DNA from: Nemertoderma westbladi
Lineage: Eukaryota; Animalia; Xenacoelomorpha
Reading direction: 5' to 3'
Length of the DNA stretch: 64,000 nucleotides
Assembly (NCBI GenBank): GCA_032718475.1
Contig: JAUCBJ010006764.1
Span: forward strand, 14,288 to 78,287
The position numbers and the translations under genes are program-made. The notes beneath the pieces are model-generated. The model did not search any database, was not told the DNA's origin, and saw only the letters and a program-made list of their open reading frames with translations. Positions 62,401 through 64,000 of the stretch are shown here, in pieces. Each line of letters begins with the position of its first letter. The first letter of the stretch is position 1.

Positions 62401-64000
62401 AGGTAGATTAATAGGGAGATCTGGTGGCCCAGTTGAAGTAGAAGATAAATTAATCTGGAGTGCTGCTGGCCAGGTGGTGAGGCTTCGAGTGTGCGGAAGT
62501 AGAAGGTAGATTAATAGGGAGATCTGGTGGCCCAGTTGAAGTAGAAGATAAATTAATCTGGAGTGCTGCTGGCCAGGTGGTGAGGCTTCGAGTGTGCGGA
62601 AGTAGAAGGTAGATTAATAGGGAGATCTGGTGGCCCAGTTGAAGTAGAAGATAAATTAATCTGGAGTGCTGCTGGCCAGGTGGTGAGGCTTCGAGTGTGC
62701 GGAAGTAGAAGGTAGATTAATAGGGAGATCTGGTGGCCCAGTTGAAGTAGAAGATAAATTAATCTGGAGTGCTGCTGGCCAGGTGGTGAGGCTTCGAGTG
62801 TGCGGAAGTAGAAGGTAGATTAATAGGGAGATCTGGTGGCCCAGTTGAAGTAGAAGATAAATTAATCTGGAGTGCTGCTGGCCAGGTGGTGAGGCTTCGA
62901 GTGTGCGGAAGTAGAAGGTAGATTAATAGGGAGATCTGGTGGCCCAGTTGAAGTAGAAGATAAATTAATCTGGAGTGCTGCTGGCCAGGTGGTGAGGCTT
63001 CGAGTGTGCGGAAGTAGAAGGTAGATTAATAGGGAGATCTGGTGGCCCAGTTGAAGTAGAAGATAAATTAATCTGGAGTGCTGCTGGCCAGGTGGTGAGG
63101 CTTCGAGTGTGCGGAAGTAGAAGGTAGATTAATAGGGAGATCTGGTGGCCCAGTTGAAGTAGAAGATAAATTAATCTGGAGTGCTGCTGGCCAGGTGGTG
63201 AGGCTTCGAGTGTGCGGAAGTAGAAGGTAGATTAATAGGGAGATCTGGTGGCCCAGTTGAAGTAGAAGATAAATTAATCTGGAGTGCTGCTGGCCAGGTG
63301 GTGAGGCTTCGAGTGTGCCGAAGTAGAAGGTAGATTAATAGGGAGATCTGGTGGCCCAGTTGAAGTAGAAGATAAATTAATCTGGAGTGCTGCTGGCCAG
63401 GTGGTGAGGCTTCGAGTGTGCGGAAGTAGAAGGTAGATTAATAGGGAGATCTGGTGGCCCAGTTGAAGTAGAAGATAAATTAATCTGGAGTGCTGCTGGC
63501 CAGGTGGTGAGGCTTCGAGTGTGCGGAAGTAGAAGGTAGATTAATAGGGAGATCTGGTGGCCCAGTTGAAGTAGAAGATAAATTAATCTGGAGTGCTGCT
63601 GGCCAGGTGGTGAGGCTTCGAGTGTGCGGAAGTAGAAGGTAGATTAATAGGGAGATCTGGTGGCCCAGTTGAAGTAGAAGATAAATTAATCTGGAGTGCT
63701 GCTGGCCAGGTGGTGAGGCTTCGAGTGTGCGGAAGTAGAAGGTAGATTAATAGGGAGATCTGGTGGCCCAGTTGAAGTAGAAGATAAATTAATCTGGAGT
63801 GCTGCTGGCCAGGTGGTGAGGCTTCGAGTGTGAGGAAGTAGAAGGTAGATTAATAGGGAGATCTGGTGGCCCAGTTGAAGTAGAAGATAAATTAATCTGG
63901 AGTGCTGCTGGCCAGGTGGTGAGGCTTCGAGTGTGCGGAAGTAGAAGGTAGATTAATAGGGAGATCTGGTGGCCCAGTTGAAGTAGAAGATAAATTAATC
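59443..64000. repeat. 103-bp satellite, at least 44 near-identical copies, running off the window end
   Basis: Period checked at 59443, 60061 and 61091. Only a few single-base variants were seen. Confidence 0.98.

Overview
AT-rich eukaryotic DNA, apparently from an invertebrate animal, made almost entirely of transposable elements and satellites. The only host-type genes are two intronless paralogous class A (rhodopsin-like) GPCRs on the minus strand (2232-3419 and 18564-19724). Elements that can be delimited from the sequence: a full-length but decayed CsRn1-type Gypsy (9155-13759, TSD ATTC); a Gypsy integrase remnant; a decayed BEL/Pao; RTE-like and CR1/L2-group LINE fragments; a 5'-truncated Penelope with a 14-bp TSD; a CRE-type RLE retrotransposon carrying a Ulp1 protease; an IS3EU-like remnant; several MITEs; a solo LTR; and 32-bp and 103-bp satellites. 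The most unusual object is a young 13.5-kb BEL/Pao element (37849-51391, 528-bp LTRs, TSD GGTAG). It has no tRNA primer-binding site; instead its leader is complementary to its own LTR, which suggests Tf1-like self-priming. It also has a ~1,100-aa low-complexity Gag extension, a 20-copy hairpin array after pol, and an extra CCHC zinc-knuckle ORF in the env position. All family assignments come from recognising motifs by eye; no database searches were run.
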